A stretch of DNA of 64,000 nt from Girardia tigrina (GCA_001938485.1 MQRK01230236.1:1-64000); one strand, 5' to 3'; positions 24,507 through 38,357 are shown, counted from the stretch's first letter. Numbers and translations are program-made. The notes: a model not told the origin generated them from the letters alone.

Positions 24507-25082
24507 GGTTCTTGGACAAAGCATCACAGGACAAAACGTCACTCGGAGGAAACATCACTAAAACAAAATATCACATTTACCAAGTATTACAAATGAAATT
24601 AACCCTACAATGCGCAATTTTTTTAATTATCATAAAACACGCGGTCAGTATTACAAACTGAACTGTCATTTTTGTTGACAAAATATATTGCATCTATGAC
24701 TTTATGGGCAGTTATCATTCCATAGACAATGTTTTTGGTTCACAGTATGTAAACACTCAAAGAATATCACATGATTAAAAGATATTGAGGTAAAATATGG
24801 TTGATTCAAATATGAATCACGGCGCATTGTAGGGTTAAAGCAATATATTTTAAACATTTAAAATCTAAATGTTAATTGTGAGGAACGTTTGGATTGTGTC
24901 TCTTCTACCCAGATAGTTGATTAATATTTTAATTCTTATTATATAAAACTAATTCTATACGTTTCAGTACCATGACCCTAACCCTAATTATAACCCCTAA
25001 CTATAACCCTAATCCTAAACCTTAACATTAACCCTAAAGTTATTTGTGATATTTTGTGCTTGTGATGTTTTGTCCGGTCACC
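24507..25082. mobile_element. TIR element (Mutator-like MITE) containing degenerate (CCCTAA)n
   Basis: TIR GGT(T/G)..(T/C)GGACAAA.CATCACA. Flanks GTTTAAAAT/GTTTAGAAG (7/9, possible 9-bp TSD). Telomere-like repeats at 24976-25036. Confidence 0.6.
24603..24834. mobile_element. piggyBac-type MITE nested in the 24507-25082 element
   Basis: TTAA|CCCTACAATGCGC ... GCGCATTGTAGGG|TTAA. Confidence 0.88.
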
Positions 25083-25786
25083 GTTTAGAAGATATTTAGG
25101 TTCCAAAGTCAAAACGTGTCTTCATTCCAGAAAAGTATTATTTTCTATTGCATGGAATATTGACTTTCATATTCCCGAGACATATTTGATCAATATTGAT
25201 AAAATTTATTATCAAAAACTGAAAAGACAATATGAGGAATGTCTTAATTTTTTGATGTTTTGTGTTTGTTTGTTGTATGTTGATTTGGGATTGTATCTCA
25301 TACCCAGATTGCTGATTAATACTTAATTATTATTAACTGAAACTAATTTCATTTAAGTTTCATGTTTATTTTTTAAAATTTAAAAATCGCTTTAAAATTT
25401 TGAATGATTTCTGTTCGAATTGTTATATATTATATTGTATTTCTTTGAACAAAATCTTACCCCTTTTTAATTGTATTTCAAGATTATTTTTATATAAATA
25501 TTTATTTGCTTGTTAAATAGCATACTTCATTGATAATATTAAAAGGTGAAAGGTTGTTTGGAAAAAAAACATCTCGGAGTAATTAAGTTGTTCTAAACAT
25601 ATGAGCTTCCGATGGGAAGTGAAATTTATTAATATATTGTATATTACACCTAGAAATTACAAGTTATATCGGATTATTGAAATTTTGCCGACAAGGTTTT
25701 CAAAAAATGAAGTTATCCCAATTACAATAAAATGACTTTCCAAATACAAAAAAAAACTCATACTAAAATTAACATAAAATAATATA

Positions 25787-27395
25787 CTGTGTGATTCATA
25801 AGTCGTCGTCTCAAGATATGGAACTATACTGCAATGTAATGTAAAACTTTTTGAATATGATATAAATGTATTACGACATGGTTTTTTACGCAGTACAACT
25901 TGAAGACATGAAAAGATAAAGGTTTTACAATAATTGTTCAAAATGTTCACAATTTTTCTGCAAACACAGATTGCATTGCTCCACAAAATTCGTGTAGCAT
26001 TTTCGAATGATGCGGTGATCAATGTCTGACAGCACTCTTGAAATGGCGCCTTGTAGTTCGTCGAGGTTCAGATAATTATTTTCGATGGCGTAAACTCGAT
26101 CTTTGATATAACTACATAACCATTTGTGTCAGGTATCGTCAAATCGGGAGACCGAGGTGGCCATTCCTGGGGTCCTCTACGATCAATCCATCTTTATGGG
26201 AAATGTTCATCCAGCCACGTTCGCGCTGCAATGCTGAAATGCGGGGGTGCGTTATCATGTTGATACCAGTGTTGCGTGTTATCTCCAACAAAAGGCAGCA
26301 ACTTTTGATTCAAAACGTCGATATATCGTACCTGGTTCATTGTTTCACGGATAATACTGAAAGTTATTCCAAGGTCGTAGGAAACAGCTGCCCAAACAGT
26401 TAATCCCGGCGATTTCATAGGCACACGAATCAAGCGATGTTCATACTCTTCAGAATAATAAAAAAGATTATGCTTTCGCACATGACCATTAAAGTAAAAC
26501 GATACCTCATCAGAAAAAATAATTCTTCTGCAAAAATTGGTGCCATTTTCGTTGATTATCCAAGAACAAAATTCAATTCTTCGATCTGGGTCATCTTCTG
26601 TTAACTCTTGTTGAAAAGAAAACTTGAAAGGCTTTTTTCTTTTTTATTCCTTTTCTTGCTTGTGGTAACGATGAACAGAACTCTGCGAAGTACCAAGGAC
26701 ACGTGCAACTCGTCGTTGATTTGCAGTATCGTTTTCATTCACATACTGAACAACACTTTCCTTCATGTGCTCATCAGATGGTCTTCCTGATCGCGGTTTT
26801 GTTGACAAATTCCCCGTTTCTTCGAATTTCTTCTTCCAATGCTGAACCTTTGTTCTCGGTTGCGATTCACGTTTGAAACGCTCTTTAAAAATTTGACACG
26901 CTTTTGTGCAGCTTTCATAAACGATTGCATGACTAGTGATGAAAACTTTATCTTTAATAGAAAATTCGACATTTCCACTTGCTTNNNNNNNNNNNNNNNN
27001 NNNNNNNNNNNNNNNNNNNNNNNNNNNNNNNNNNNNNNNNNNNNNNNNNNNNNNNNNNNNNNNNNNNNNNNNNNNNNNNNNNNNNNNNNNNNNNNNNNNN
27101 NNNNNNNNNNNNNNNNNNNNNNNNNNNNNNNNNNNNNNNNNNNNNNNNNNNNNNNNNNNNNNNNNNNNNNNNNNNNNNNNNNNNNNNNNNNNNNNNNNNN
27201 NNNNNNNNNNNNNNNNNNNNNNNNNNNNNTGGTGAACATTTTGAACAATTATTGTAAAACCTTTTTCTTTTCATGTCTTCAAGTTGTACTGCGTAAAAAA
27301 CCATGTCGTTATACATTTATATCATATTCAAAAAGTTTTACATTACATTGCAGTATAGTTCCATATCTTGAGACAACGACTTATGAATCGCACGG
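25787..27395 (-). mobile_element. Tc1/mariner DD41D (rosa/VS family) element with long TIRs, spans an assembly gap
   Basis: TA-flanked TIRs of at least ~165 bp. IIFSDE ... QHD-(41 aa)-WPPRSPDLTIPD. Contains an in-frame stop. Confidence 0.9.
26985..27229. other. Assembly gap
   Basis: Run of N. Confidence 1.
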
Positions 27396-29599
27396 TATAT
27401 TATTACAATTTTCTACAGCTATTCAAAATTAATATTCAATATTACTATTACATTACTACAATACTTTTTAAGGTTCATTTTTTAAAATTCAAATGAACCT
27501 CTCTGAACTATCGCCGATGTTTGAGTTTGGCAATCCAAATCTTTTTTTCGTCCGCCATTAATCTCCAAATATTTAGATGGCAACAAGAAAATAATGAATT
27601 CAAAGCATTGTTGAATACCTCCCAATAATTTGTTGGTTTTTATGACAGTTATGTCTCTTTTTTCTTGTGGCCTTGACAATTTATCATAGCCATTAAAACA
27701 ATACTATTTGTTAGTTACGTCGATTTCCTTTGTTCTGTCTTGTTCTGATTTACTACCATTTAGTACCACTGAATCACGGTAGCTTTTAGGTCATTTTCGG
27801 ATACCATTATTTCTAATTATATTGCACATTTGTTATAATGTATTGTACTAAATTTTCGGTTTATCTTCTCTATTCCTGATTGCAGATTAGGCGCAGTTGC
27901 GTTGCCGTCGGCGGGGAATCAATGGGTCCCGGGAACATGGTGGGAAGAAATCTAACCTTACTGTTGGTGGTGTCAGTCTTCGTTGAAAAATCGAGCTTTA
28001 TTGTTTTAACAAAACTGAGAATATTATTTTTAAAGTTAAAGAAACCAAAAGCATATTCTGAATGAATGTTTTATAAAAAATTAGGTGTGTTTTTTATGAT
28101 TCAATCGTTGAAATAACATTTCTGACTTGTTGTCCTTGAAGGATTAGTCATATGCTCTGGCACAATTTGAAATTATTTTGATCATACATCATTTTCGGAC
28201 ATTATATGAGGTTACACAGCATTTTTTGTTAATTTTGGAAATGTAATCATGTTTTCTTTTACCATATCTCTTGCATTATCGAAATGAGTTTTCAAAATAT
28301 TTGATAATTATTTTTGATTGCCTGGTGATTTCAAAAGATTTTGAAAAGTTAGATTTCTCATTAAAATAAGTTTATTAATTTTTATAATATTTATTAAATA
28401 AATCAAATTAATATTTTTTAAATAATTATTTATCATTTTAATTATTATTCAATAAGTTTTGAGTGAATATTTTATTAAAATATTTATTTCCCCATTTGCT
28501 AAAAAAATAATGAGAATTAATTCATTAATCAATTTCGCTTAGAATGCAAATGTGTTGAGTATATAAAGTATAAATATTAAAAATTAATATTTGTTTTAAT
28601 TAAATGTGTATAATAAAAATTATTTACCTTTTTATTATATTAAATATAAATTATATATAAATAATTAAATTAAAATAAACAAAAGAAATAAAGAATGTAA
28701 TTTAAATAAAAGAATATTTTCATAGAAAGATATCTAAGTCATTTTAAAAGGTAAATAAGAAGAATTTAATATGAAAAGAATAATATATAAAGAGAAGGAT
28801 TTTAAAGAAAGGAGATTATATTTTTGAGACAATAAGTTCACAAGAAAATCTTAGTTTAAAGAAAAGAAAGAAAACCTTAATTATTTAATTTGAAGAAAGT
28901 AATTAAGAAAATCAATTGAAAGGTCAGGAATTCAAAGAATTCGCTTTGACCGAATAAACGAGATCACCCGCGAAGATCTCATTGAATTAATTAGAACTAA
29001 TTAATTCAACAATCACTTATATATAAACTCTCAGTGGAGTTTGCGAGATCATAAAAAGAAAAATCAAAAATCGAATTCGGCATTTGACCAAGAGTACGAA
29101 TTAAAAATAATAATAACTATATAATTATATTGACGATAACATATTTTTATTTATATTTCTAAAAATATCTGGAGGTAAGCGAAGCTTCGTTTCCTCCATT
29201 ATCCAAATTTTAAATTCCTAAATAAGCTAAGTTGTTTTTAAATTATTCCATAAAATTTGTATAAACCTGTACTTAACAAATAAATATTTATAAAAAACAT
29301 CGTCTTTGTTTTAACTTTCGTTTTATTTTTGCAAATCACCCTTATATCCCAACAAATGTACGAAAGTTTTGACAAAGATTGTTTTAAGGACAATCAAAAT
29401 TGTTGTTTAAATAAAAATATAAAAAGTCAAATTGGTGTTCTTAATAATAATAACTATTACGTTTGTGTTGTTTAAAATTATAGTTTATTTTTTTCTGTAT
29501 AAAATATGTCATTAGACTTAGTAAACCAAGCCGACAAAACTTTACTTAAATCATCTGGTGAAATTAAACCATCTTTATTCCCCTTTCTTCTTTTGGACC

Positions 29600-30075
29600 T
29601 TAGTCGTTTGGGTCTACCAAATTATTTACAAACCTTCACTACATCTCTCTATTTAAAACCTCTCTTTTCAGACCTTCCATGCTCAATCCTCTCCATTCTT
29701 TTAAGTCATCTTTCAATTGTTTCTTTGGTCTTTCTCTTGGTCTTTCTCCTTCCAATCTTAATTCAATCATAACCTTCACTATTTTTTGTTTTCTTATTCG
29801 ATGTCTGTAGAATTTTGGCTTCCTTCTCTTGATGGACTCTTTTATTGATTCCAGTCTTATTCCTAGTATGTCTGTCACTCTCTTCCAGAAAATGTCATTG
29901 ATCTTCTTTTCTTTCCATATGATATTCTTGTATCACTTCATTTCAAACGACTTAAGTCTATCCATGTTCTTTTAATTTATTGACCAACTCCCGCATCCAT
30001 AAAGAAGTGTTGCCTAGACTATAGTGATAGTGATAATAGCTTTATTAATCTTTATTCTGCTCTTCAGATTAGGGT
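29600..30075 (-). mobile_element. RTE-like LINE 3' fragment
   Basis: PTLLYGCGSW...SFEM...IKRRKPKFYRH...LEGERPRERPKKQLKDDLKEW, typical of RTE-type post-RT C-termini. Confidence 0.75.
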
Positions 30076-30807
30076 TATACACTTTTAACGGTTAAACGCC
30101 TGTTTAAACGTTTAGTTTCATAATTTGTAGTAAAAAAAAACGTTATTTTTCTTCGATTAGACATAAAAATAGTTATCTGAACATTTTACAATCATATAAT
30201 TCTGCAAATGTACTTGCAATCAAATGTACCAGAAAAAGCGCATGTTATTGTTGGGTATTCAAAATATTCAAAGTTTATTATCAATCTTTTGATCGCAACT
30301 TTATACCTGACTCCAATAATTCAGTAGGCTCTTCCAACACAAATATATGAACAAATGAACACAAATAATAACTGTTATTTTTAATAACACAAATTTAAAC
30401 ACAGCTTCAAATAAATGTTTCATTCTTCAATTATCAATTACCGTTTGTGGTACAAATATAAATAACAATCCAACAATAATTAATAAACGCTGAACACACA
30501 GCTCTTTAATGTCAATACGTTTGTACGAGCGATACCGGTGAATATGGCAATTGTTTTAATCGTGTTCTCCTTTACAGGATACTTGATTACTAAGAGGAAA
30601 GAACAATAATAAAATTTTACTTCAAATCCTTTAAGGATTACAGCAAATTTCACTGGCTTCTCTTTATTCAAAATTTTCTTTGGAATTAAGTTGTGAGCTA
30701 AGTCAATTTTTCATTTACTTAAATAGCTATTTTTATTTATTTATTCAATTGATTTGATAAAACAAATTATAAAATATTTAAAAATATTAAGATACGTCAT
30801 GTTAATA

Positions 30808-31834
30808 TTAGGGTGAACCAAAAGTCTTTTCGTATTTTCCTCGTCTTTTTGTTCAATTGTTTCTTATTACCAAATAAAGATATTTTATATACATGTGTTA
30901 TATATTTTTAAAGCTCTTGAACTGCTCTATCACAATATATATTAAAACTTCTAATTAGTCGTTAATATAATTTTTATGGTCTTTTAGAAAAATCATGGAA
31001 AATTTTGAAATTCGTATTCTTTTAGACCATAACAGGAAATAGGGCTTAAACGCAACTGCAACAACAAAGAAGATATGCGAAGTTGAAGACAATAATGTGG
31101 TCTCAAATCGTACTACACAAAATGAAGGCGAAATTGACCTCGGAGACAATGTACATTCAGGCCGACCTATCACCGTAGATTCCAGAGCAATTCGTGAAGC
31201 CGTCGAGACAAATCCGTCAATAAGTACTCGCAGATTGTCGGCCGAACTCGATATTCCTCAAACATCCATTGTACGACACCTTCACGCTCTTGGCAAGGTC
31301 AATAGGCGATGTCGAGAAGTGCTTCATGAATTGACACAAATTCAAGCCGAAAAGCGTTTCGAAACTTGTCAAAAATTGCTTGAAAATCCGCGTGATGACC
31401 GTTTTATCCGTCGAATTGTAACTTGCGATGAAAAGTGGGTTTACTTCAGTAATCCAGACCAACAAAATCTATGGTTGGACATCGGACAAATGGCGAAACC
31501 GGTAGCGAAACGAGATAGTTTCTCAAGGAAGGCACTTTTGTGTGTTTGGTGGAATTTTGAAGGCGTGATTCACTTAGAGCTGGTTCCAAATGGTCGCACC
31601 ATCGACGCTGACCTTTACTGCGCCCAACTTGATCGAATGTATGCGGCACTTGGCGAGAAATACCCCTCTTTGATCAATCGAAAGCGAGTTCTTCTACAAC
31701 AGGACAATGCATAACCGCACACCGCCAAACAAACAAAGAAAAAAAATCAAAAATCTCGACACCTTTGAACTTCTTTTACACCCAGCGTATCATCATCTTT
31801 TCTGCTCTATGGCACTCTTTCTTCGGGGTCGCAC
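30808..31834 (+). mobile_element. Mariner transposon, 3'-truncated pseudogene
   Basis: TA|TTAGGGTGAACC TIR. ATG at 30995. SGRP, IVTCDEKW, LCVWWN and QQDNA*PH motifs. Fused directly to a MULE remnant. Confidence 0.9.
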
Positions 31835-32063
31835 TTGTTATTTAATAGCCGCAGTGAAGACGTGATTTTTTTCAGAAGCGACAGCAAAAGTGATCATACC
31901 AATTTAGAATCATCAAACAGGCTAATTAATGAATTAAAAGCAGAGTTAAAAAAATATTTTGATTTAAAATTTAAGTCAAAAGCAATTTTGGAAAAATTGA
32001 GAGAAAATAATGTTCAAATCTATAACAAAACGCAAATTTCAAATTGCATTAGTCAACTGCGAC

Positions 32064-32488
32064 TGTGAGAAGTGGTTGCAATATCAATATCAGAATTCAT
32101 TTTTTAACACCAAAATTTATTAATATAACAACAATTCACATATCTAAACAAATTTTTCTGTTAATTTAATTATCTCGCCACAAATTAATCTATTAAACTT
32201 TTTCGATTCAATTTTTAAAATCTTGCAAATTTATTAAATAATTTTCACATTATTACTAAAAATTTATTTTAAAATTTATTTAAAATTGTTTATAACTTCT
32301 ATTAAAATATATAAATTGTTATAACTGTAAAAATATATTTATTTATAAATAAATATTTAATATTTAATGGTTTTCTTATCATTTTTAAACATATTTAATA
32401 AGCATATTAACATTAAAATATTGTACCTTTTAAATTAAAAAATGATAAATTATTCTGGCGAGTTGCAAATTTAAATTAACCCCTCATA
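32064..32488. mobile_element. 425-bp TGTGAG...CTCATA insertion (solo LTR or Ginger-like) with 5-bp TSD
   Basis: TSD GCGAC at 32059-32063 and 32489-32493. Removal restores ...QLRQKKYDP... of the MULE. Confidence 0.85.
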
Positions 32489-33521
32489 GCGACAAAAGAA
32501 ATATGATCCGACAAAAATTAGTATTGGCGAGCTTGAGAAATGGTGCATTGACCACAATGAAGCAACGGACGACGATGACAAAGGTTATGTGGCAAAGCAT
32601 TTTGTAAATTATGGTGAAAATGATGATAATAAAGATATGAATGAAAAACAATTTCGAACTTTCTTTTCCACAAAACGGCTATTAAGAATGGCTATTAAAT
32701 CCAGCAGAGTCCATGCCGATTCAACATACAAATTGGGAAGGCATGCCAGTTTTGATAAGTGGTACAACTGATTTGGACCGGCATTTTCATCCTTATGGTA
32801 TCAGCATCTACACAAATGAAGCGAAACCAGACTTTGTATTTATTTTCCAAGCTTTGGTAAAATTAACTGAGAAAATTGGTGAAAAAATTAAAGTAGACAC
32901 ATTAATATATGATGGTTCCGATGGAATTCGTAATGCTTTCAAAGAACTGTTCAGCGAAAATGTGTTACTAATCATGTGCTGGATTCATACGCGTCGCAAT
33001 GTGGTGAAGAATATTCATTTAACCGATGAGGAATTTCATGAAAATATTATGGAAGATATCGATACACTTCCATTGGTATTCAGCAAAGACGTGTTTGAGA
33101 AAGCAAAAGATTTGTTTATTAAAAAGTGGCTTACCAGAAAATAAAAGGTATTAATCGCATACATGAAGTAAATCTGGTTATCAATGCATCAAAACTGATA
33201 CGAAGGAGTAGCTCATAACACACCATCACAAAAGAATGCGTTAGAATCGCACAATTTGGTTATAAAAAAAGAAGAAACATTCAGAGAAAGAATACCTTTA
33301 TCTCTGTTTTTGGAACAATGTTTGGACACAGTTTCAAAATGGTCAAAACAAAACGCAAACAATAATAAACAATTTAAAGAAAAACAAACTATTGAACTGC
33401 AAAAATGAACTGAAGGTTATCAATGGGCAAAAAGCAATAAAAAGTTACTTCAACAATACTTGAAAATTCAACTGAATATTATTGTCCAGCAGGCGATGAA
33501 ACCAACTCAAGTGAAGAACAA

Positions 33522-34176
33522 TTTTGTATTCGTCAGGATGACAGGCTCGTACAGAGGCTGCTCGAAACACGGAAGGTGGAATCGTCGACCGAAGAGCTTT
33601 GTTCGAGCCAAGCGCATCGGTGACACTACTGTTCAATTCATGGAGATTATTGATCGACTCGGCGTCATCCACATTATTGTCGACTGCATCGACAGCGTTC
33701 AACCCGATACTGCCCGGAAACTCGTTAATATTATTCAGTAAAACATATTCTGATGTCGATTTTTGAGCATTAAATTCAATTGCTGGTTTGTTAAGGAGAA
33801 CCCGGGAAATATTATCAGAATTAATAACGTTTAAATATTCATCTGTGATCAGCATTATCGAAAGAAATATAACAGCGAAGAAAATTCTTTATTTGTTGCT
33901 TTAACTAAATAGCTTATTCAAACAATTACAAAGCTGACATTTAATTTTTTAATTCACTTAAATGCATGCAATTCTTTTCAATGATTTTCACGTAAAGGAT
34001 TTTTATCTTATTTACATTAATTTCCACTGAGTAAAATTCATACCAAAAATCACAAATGTGAAAAATTTCAAATTATTCCAATTGCCAAAAATAATTCATT
34101 CTAAGCCAAAATAGTTTTACATACAATTGAATTCGTTCCCGAAACCAAAAAACCGAGAATGTGGTGGCACACAACA
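33522..34176 (-). mobile_element. 655-bp solo-LTR-like insertion with 5-bp TSD
   Basis: TSD AACAA at 33517-33521 and 34177-34181. Ends TTTTGT...ACAACA. Removal restores EEQIQNI. Confidence 0.8.
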
Positions 34177-34789
34177 AACAAATACAAAATATCAAAGAAA
34201 TGCGATGGAATACATTTGACCAATTTAAGAAGAGAGCTTTTGCCTTGCGGATTGTTACTCAACAAAACAGTGATTATATGTCAACCAAATGGATTGAAGG
34301 AAAATGTACTTGTCCAAGATTTCTCAAGCAATACATGTGTTGATTGAATATTCTAAAATGTATAATAATGTATTATATTTTGATATTTGTTTAAATTTGA
34401 AGAAAAATAAATAAACCATAAATCGAAAGTGTTTATGATTTTAATTTTAAAATTATATATTTTTTATAAATAAATAAGATATTAAAGAAGGTTTAAGTAA
34501 ATAAAGGAAGAAAAGAAGGATAAATATTTACAAGAAAATAATAAATAATTAAAGAAAATTAAAAATAAAACTAGTTAATTAATAAATGACCAGTATAAAA
34601 GGTCGTTATTAATTAAAGTTAACGAGAGTTTTTTAAAAGTTCAAAGTTAAATTTATCTTGCAATCTTAATCAGTCTGGACGACGTCTAAAGAACGTCGCA
34701 TAAATTAGCACAAGAGAAAGAAAAGAGTGTATTTACACTCAGAGCGAAATATGAGAGTAACAAAAAAAACCGAAAGAATAACTGAATTG

Positions 34790-37130
34790 AAAAAAGTTAT
34801 ATATATATATACGACTCTTTTTTTCTGTGGTCTTTGTTGTACTGGTTTGCGCTGGTGTCATTGTCGGTTCTCCAATTTCTTCTGTCTCCTCCAATTTATT
34901 ATGCCTTGTCAGCCACCCCTTCATTTTGTACGACTTTTTACATAGTGCACATGGGAATGGTAATTGCTGTTGTTGTGTCTCGTTGAGCTGATCAGGATTA
35001 GCGAAAGCGGACACCGCGTGGTCCCTTTTCATGTGTCTGTTCAGCTCCTTCTTTTCGGCAAACTCCTTGTAACATCAGCTTCGGTACAGTTGCTCTTGTC
35101 CTATTGAGTCTTCCTGATCGAATTCAGGAGTTTATGTATGTTTCCGTCGATACTGTAGGATCTCTGTGAATGATGCGGTTAATGAAATCTCCATACATCG
35201 CATCATCCCCAAATAGCCACTGTATGTCCACTCGAAGGCAATGCGAAATTGATTGCTTCTTTCTCCCACTGATCTTTTTCTCCATTTGTATTTCTCCCTT
35301 CCAGATTTTTTTGATTATCTCGTACTCCTCTGAAGTTATAGTCTTACTGTGGAAAGTAAGCCTTTTACTCGCGATAATATCCATGAGATGTGGGAGTTCA
35401 ACGTCCAGGATATCCATGCGGATCTTTTCTATCTTGTTTTTCTTCCTAACTATGCGTGTGTATGGGTTATGAAGGGCATGCAATTTGTTAATGTTCTTTT
35501 CCGCAGTTCTCCAGCTTTCACAGCCGTTGTAGACTACGGAGAATATGTATGCGTTGATTACTTTCTTATATTCCTCATACTCAGTTTAGAGCTCTTTAGA
35601 ACTGGTCTCAGGTTCCGAATCTTCTAGGTTCCTTTCTTAATTCTTTCTTTCACTTCCGCGTCCACATTTCCTGCTGAAGAGATCGTGGATCCTAGGTAAC
35701 CAAAGCTAGAGGCCCACAAATACCGGCCTCAAGCTGGTGCCCAGCAGTAAGGATCCGAGTATCTCCGTTTGGGATCAAAACTTTGGTTTTACCGATGTTA
35801 ATTTTGAGACCTAAATCTAAAAAGAATGCATTTAAAATGTTCAAATTATTTATCAGGTTGTTCCAGTCCGTGTTGATGAGGAAGAGGTCGTCAGCATAGG
35901 CTAGTCTGTTGATCTCAAGGAAGCTTCCATCTTCATGTTTCATCATCACTCCTCCAGAGACACCGTTCAATATTGCTCTTTTCACAACCGTATCAAATAC
36001 AATATTGAACAGGAGCGGCCATAAAACACAATCTTGACGCACTCTTTATCCATGTTGAAGGTTTCATCACCTATAAAACCTTCGAATCCCTCATGGAAAG
36101 CTTTGATGATCCCTAAAATTCTCCCCCTTATCCCTAGTCTCTTTAAACAGCCCCAATGAGACTCCCGGGGGACACTGTTTCTCCAAGTCGATAAAGATGA
36201 CATACATATTAATGTTCTTGTATCGTGCTTCCTCCTGCAATTTCCTCAAGATATTTATAGCCAAATGAGTTCCTCTTACCGGCCGGAATCCATACTGCCA
36301 CTCGGCCAGTATCGCTTCGGTGATCGGAGTGATTCGGTTCGCGATGATTCTGGCTAGAATCTTTCCTCCTACATCTAAAAGAAAAATGCATCGGTAGTTA
36401 TTTGGATCTTTTCGAGAGGCTTTCCCTTTGAAAAGAACCACCACTTGGGCCTCTCTCCAACTAGGTGGGAATGCCTCTAATCCGTTCCATTTGTTCCCAA
36501 AGCACTCCTCTAATAGGGTTAGTATTTTCACACATCCCCACTTATAGATTTTAAGGAATAATTCATCAGATCCCGCGGCTGTCCCACTCTTCAACTGCTT
36601 CATTGCCTCCGCTATTTCTTCTCTCGTCGGGGGAGAATCCGAATCATCGATATTTAGAGTGTCTCTAGCGATATCAGTCCGTTTCTTCTGCTCTAATGGG
36701 GCCGTAAAAAAGATTATTGAAGTGGTTGGTTAGCTCCTTGTTCCCAATAGGGTTCAAGGGAGTACATAGAGTGTTCTTTAGAGTGTTGATTTACAGAGGA
36801 TACGAAGTTCCTAGTGAGATCCTTCAGTTTTCCTTCTCCGTCACTGTTGAGTATCTTCTTGATTTGATCGCCTAGAGCCTCGACTCTTTCACGTTTCTAT
36901 CTTCTGATATTCTTCTGGAGAAGTATTCTGCTGGATTTCCACCTAAAGAAAGTGTCGTTGTTTCTATTCCTCACAAACTCAGTGCGTCTCAACCATTTTT
37001 CTCAAACGAGTATCTTCAACTCTTCTAGGTGACCATGTAGCCACTTTTGATTCGCGGGAGTTCGCTTTGATCTTGTGCTTGCTCCTCGGATCACATCGCA
37101 GATCATTTGATTGGTAGACTTCCAATCGGT
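34790..37130 (-). mobile_element. RTE-like LINE, 5'-truncated, RT plus C-terminal C2H2 fingers
   Basis: KASRKDPNNYRCIFLL, QYGFRP, FIDLEK, VRQDCVL.PLLFN, LAYADD, then ...ELNRHMKRDH and CALCKKSYKMKGWLTRH. Multiple frameshifts. Confidence 0.9.
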
Positions 37131-37169
37131 ACCTGAAAATTGAACTTGAATTGAATTAAGAAAAAGAGA

Positions 37170-37510
37170 GTTCAATTTTCTCACCAATGTACGTGTTTTT
37201 ACACCTGTGACATTCAAATTTATAAACCAAATTAGCTTGCAATCCACAAATCGTTTTTGATTTATTTGAGAGGAAGCTTTGAACTTTGGATGTAATTGAA
37301 ACTACTTTGACGCTACTTATATTCTTGCAAATACTTTTCTTAAATGCTTTAAATCCTTCAGAGTATGGTATTTTGATAATTTGTTTTTACTCTGCAACGC
37401 TTTCTTTATATAATTCTTTCCTAACACGTGTTTGTGTACATAATTTATCCAATATAACCTTAAAATTTTCATCTATCATTTTGTTTGTGTACATTGTTCC
37501 AAAAAGCTTG
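37170..37510 (-). mobile_element. Penelope-like GIY-YIG fragment
   Basis: IPYSEGFK ... NKSKTICGLQANLVYKFECHRCKNTYIGE. Confidence 0.8.
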
Positions 37511-38357
37511 TATTTTTAGTTTAAAAATGTTAAATAAAGTAATAAACTATTCATCTTAATAAAATCTAATTTTACGTAATTTTAAAACACTTTAAAAAAT
37601 CATATTTGTAATTTAAACCTCTATCTGATTGAGGACTTTTCACTTTTGCATTTGCAAAACGTTAATTTAAAATAAACTTTAAATATAATTTTTTTTATTA
37701 AAAGTTATAAAATTTTAATTTGTACATAAATATTATCTTAGCAAAATGTCCTACCCAACATTTTAATTTTTGATTTATTTTTATCTCAGTCTATAAGTGG
37801 AATGATACTTAAATAACTTCTCATACTTTCATAATACAATCGCTTCCGTTATATTCACTATTTGATAGAAGTTCTGAAATGGACACTATGAATGCTGATT
37901 TTTATTTCAGAATTCTAATAAAATAAAACGTTATTAAACATTTGAATTTTATATATTTTTTATAATTTCTGAATTTTGTTACTTGCTCACAAAATGTTCT
38001 CGTTTCATTTAAGTAAAAAAGATCTGCTGTTATATAAATTTAAAACAAACATAATATTTATCCCAATGAATTTTTTTTAGGAAAACGAGCATATGGCCAT
38101 GGAAAAGAGAGTTCAATTTACTGCTGAGAGCCTGCTGACAGTACTTAAAAGTTGATTATTATTTTTACCCTCACCATAAATTCTCTCATATTAAGTTAAA
38201 AATTTTAAACAAAACCGTTCTTGAGATTTTTTTGATATTTTGACACTGTCAAAAAGCGTGTTTGTATATGGTTGACATATTGCTTATATGACAGAATCTA
38301 ATAAAATCAATATATAATCAATCTAATCAATATATATATATATATATACATATATAA

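Larger units (their letters stand above)
31835..34340 (+). mobile_element. MULE (Mutator) transposase pseudogene with C-terminal SWIM finger, split by two insertions
   Basis: HADSTYKL, YDGSDGIRNAF, MCWIH, NALESHN and CTCPRFLKQYMC motifs. The reading frame is restored across both insertions. Confidence 0.88.

Noticed and set aside
26763-27432. Long ORFs in the ORF track (also 38307-38600)
   Set aside because: Artefacts of translating through N gaps.
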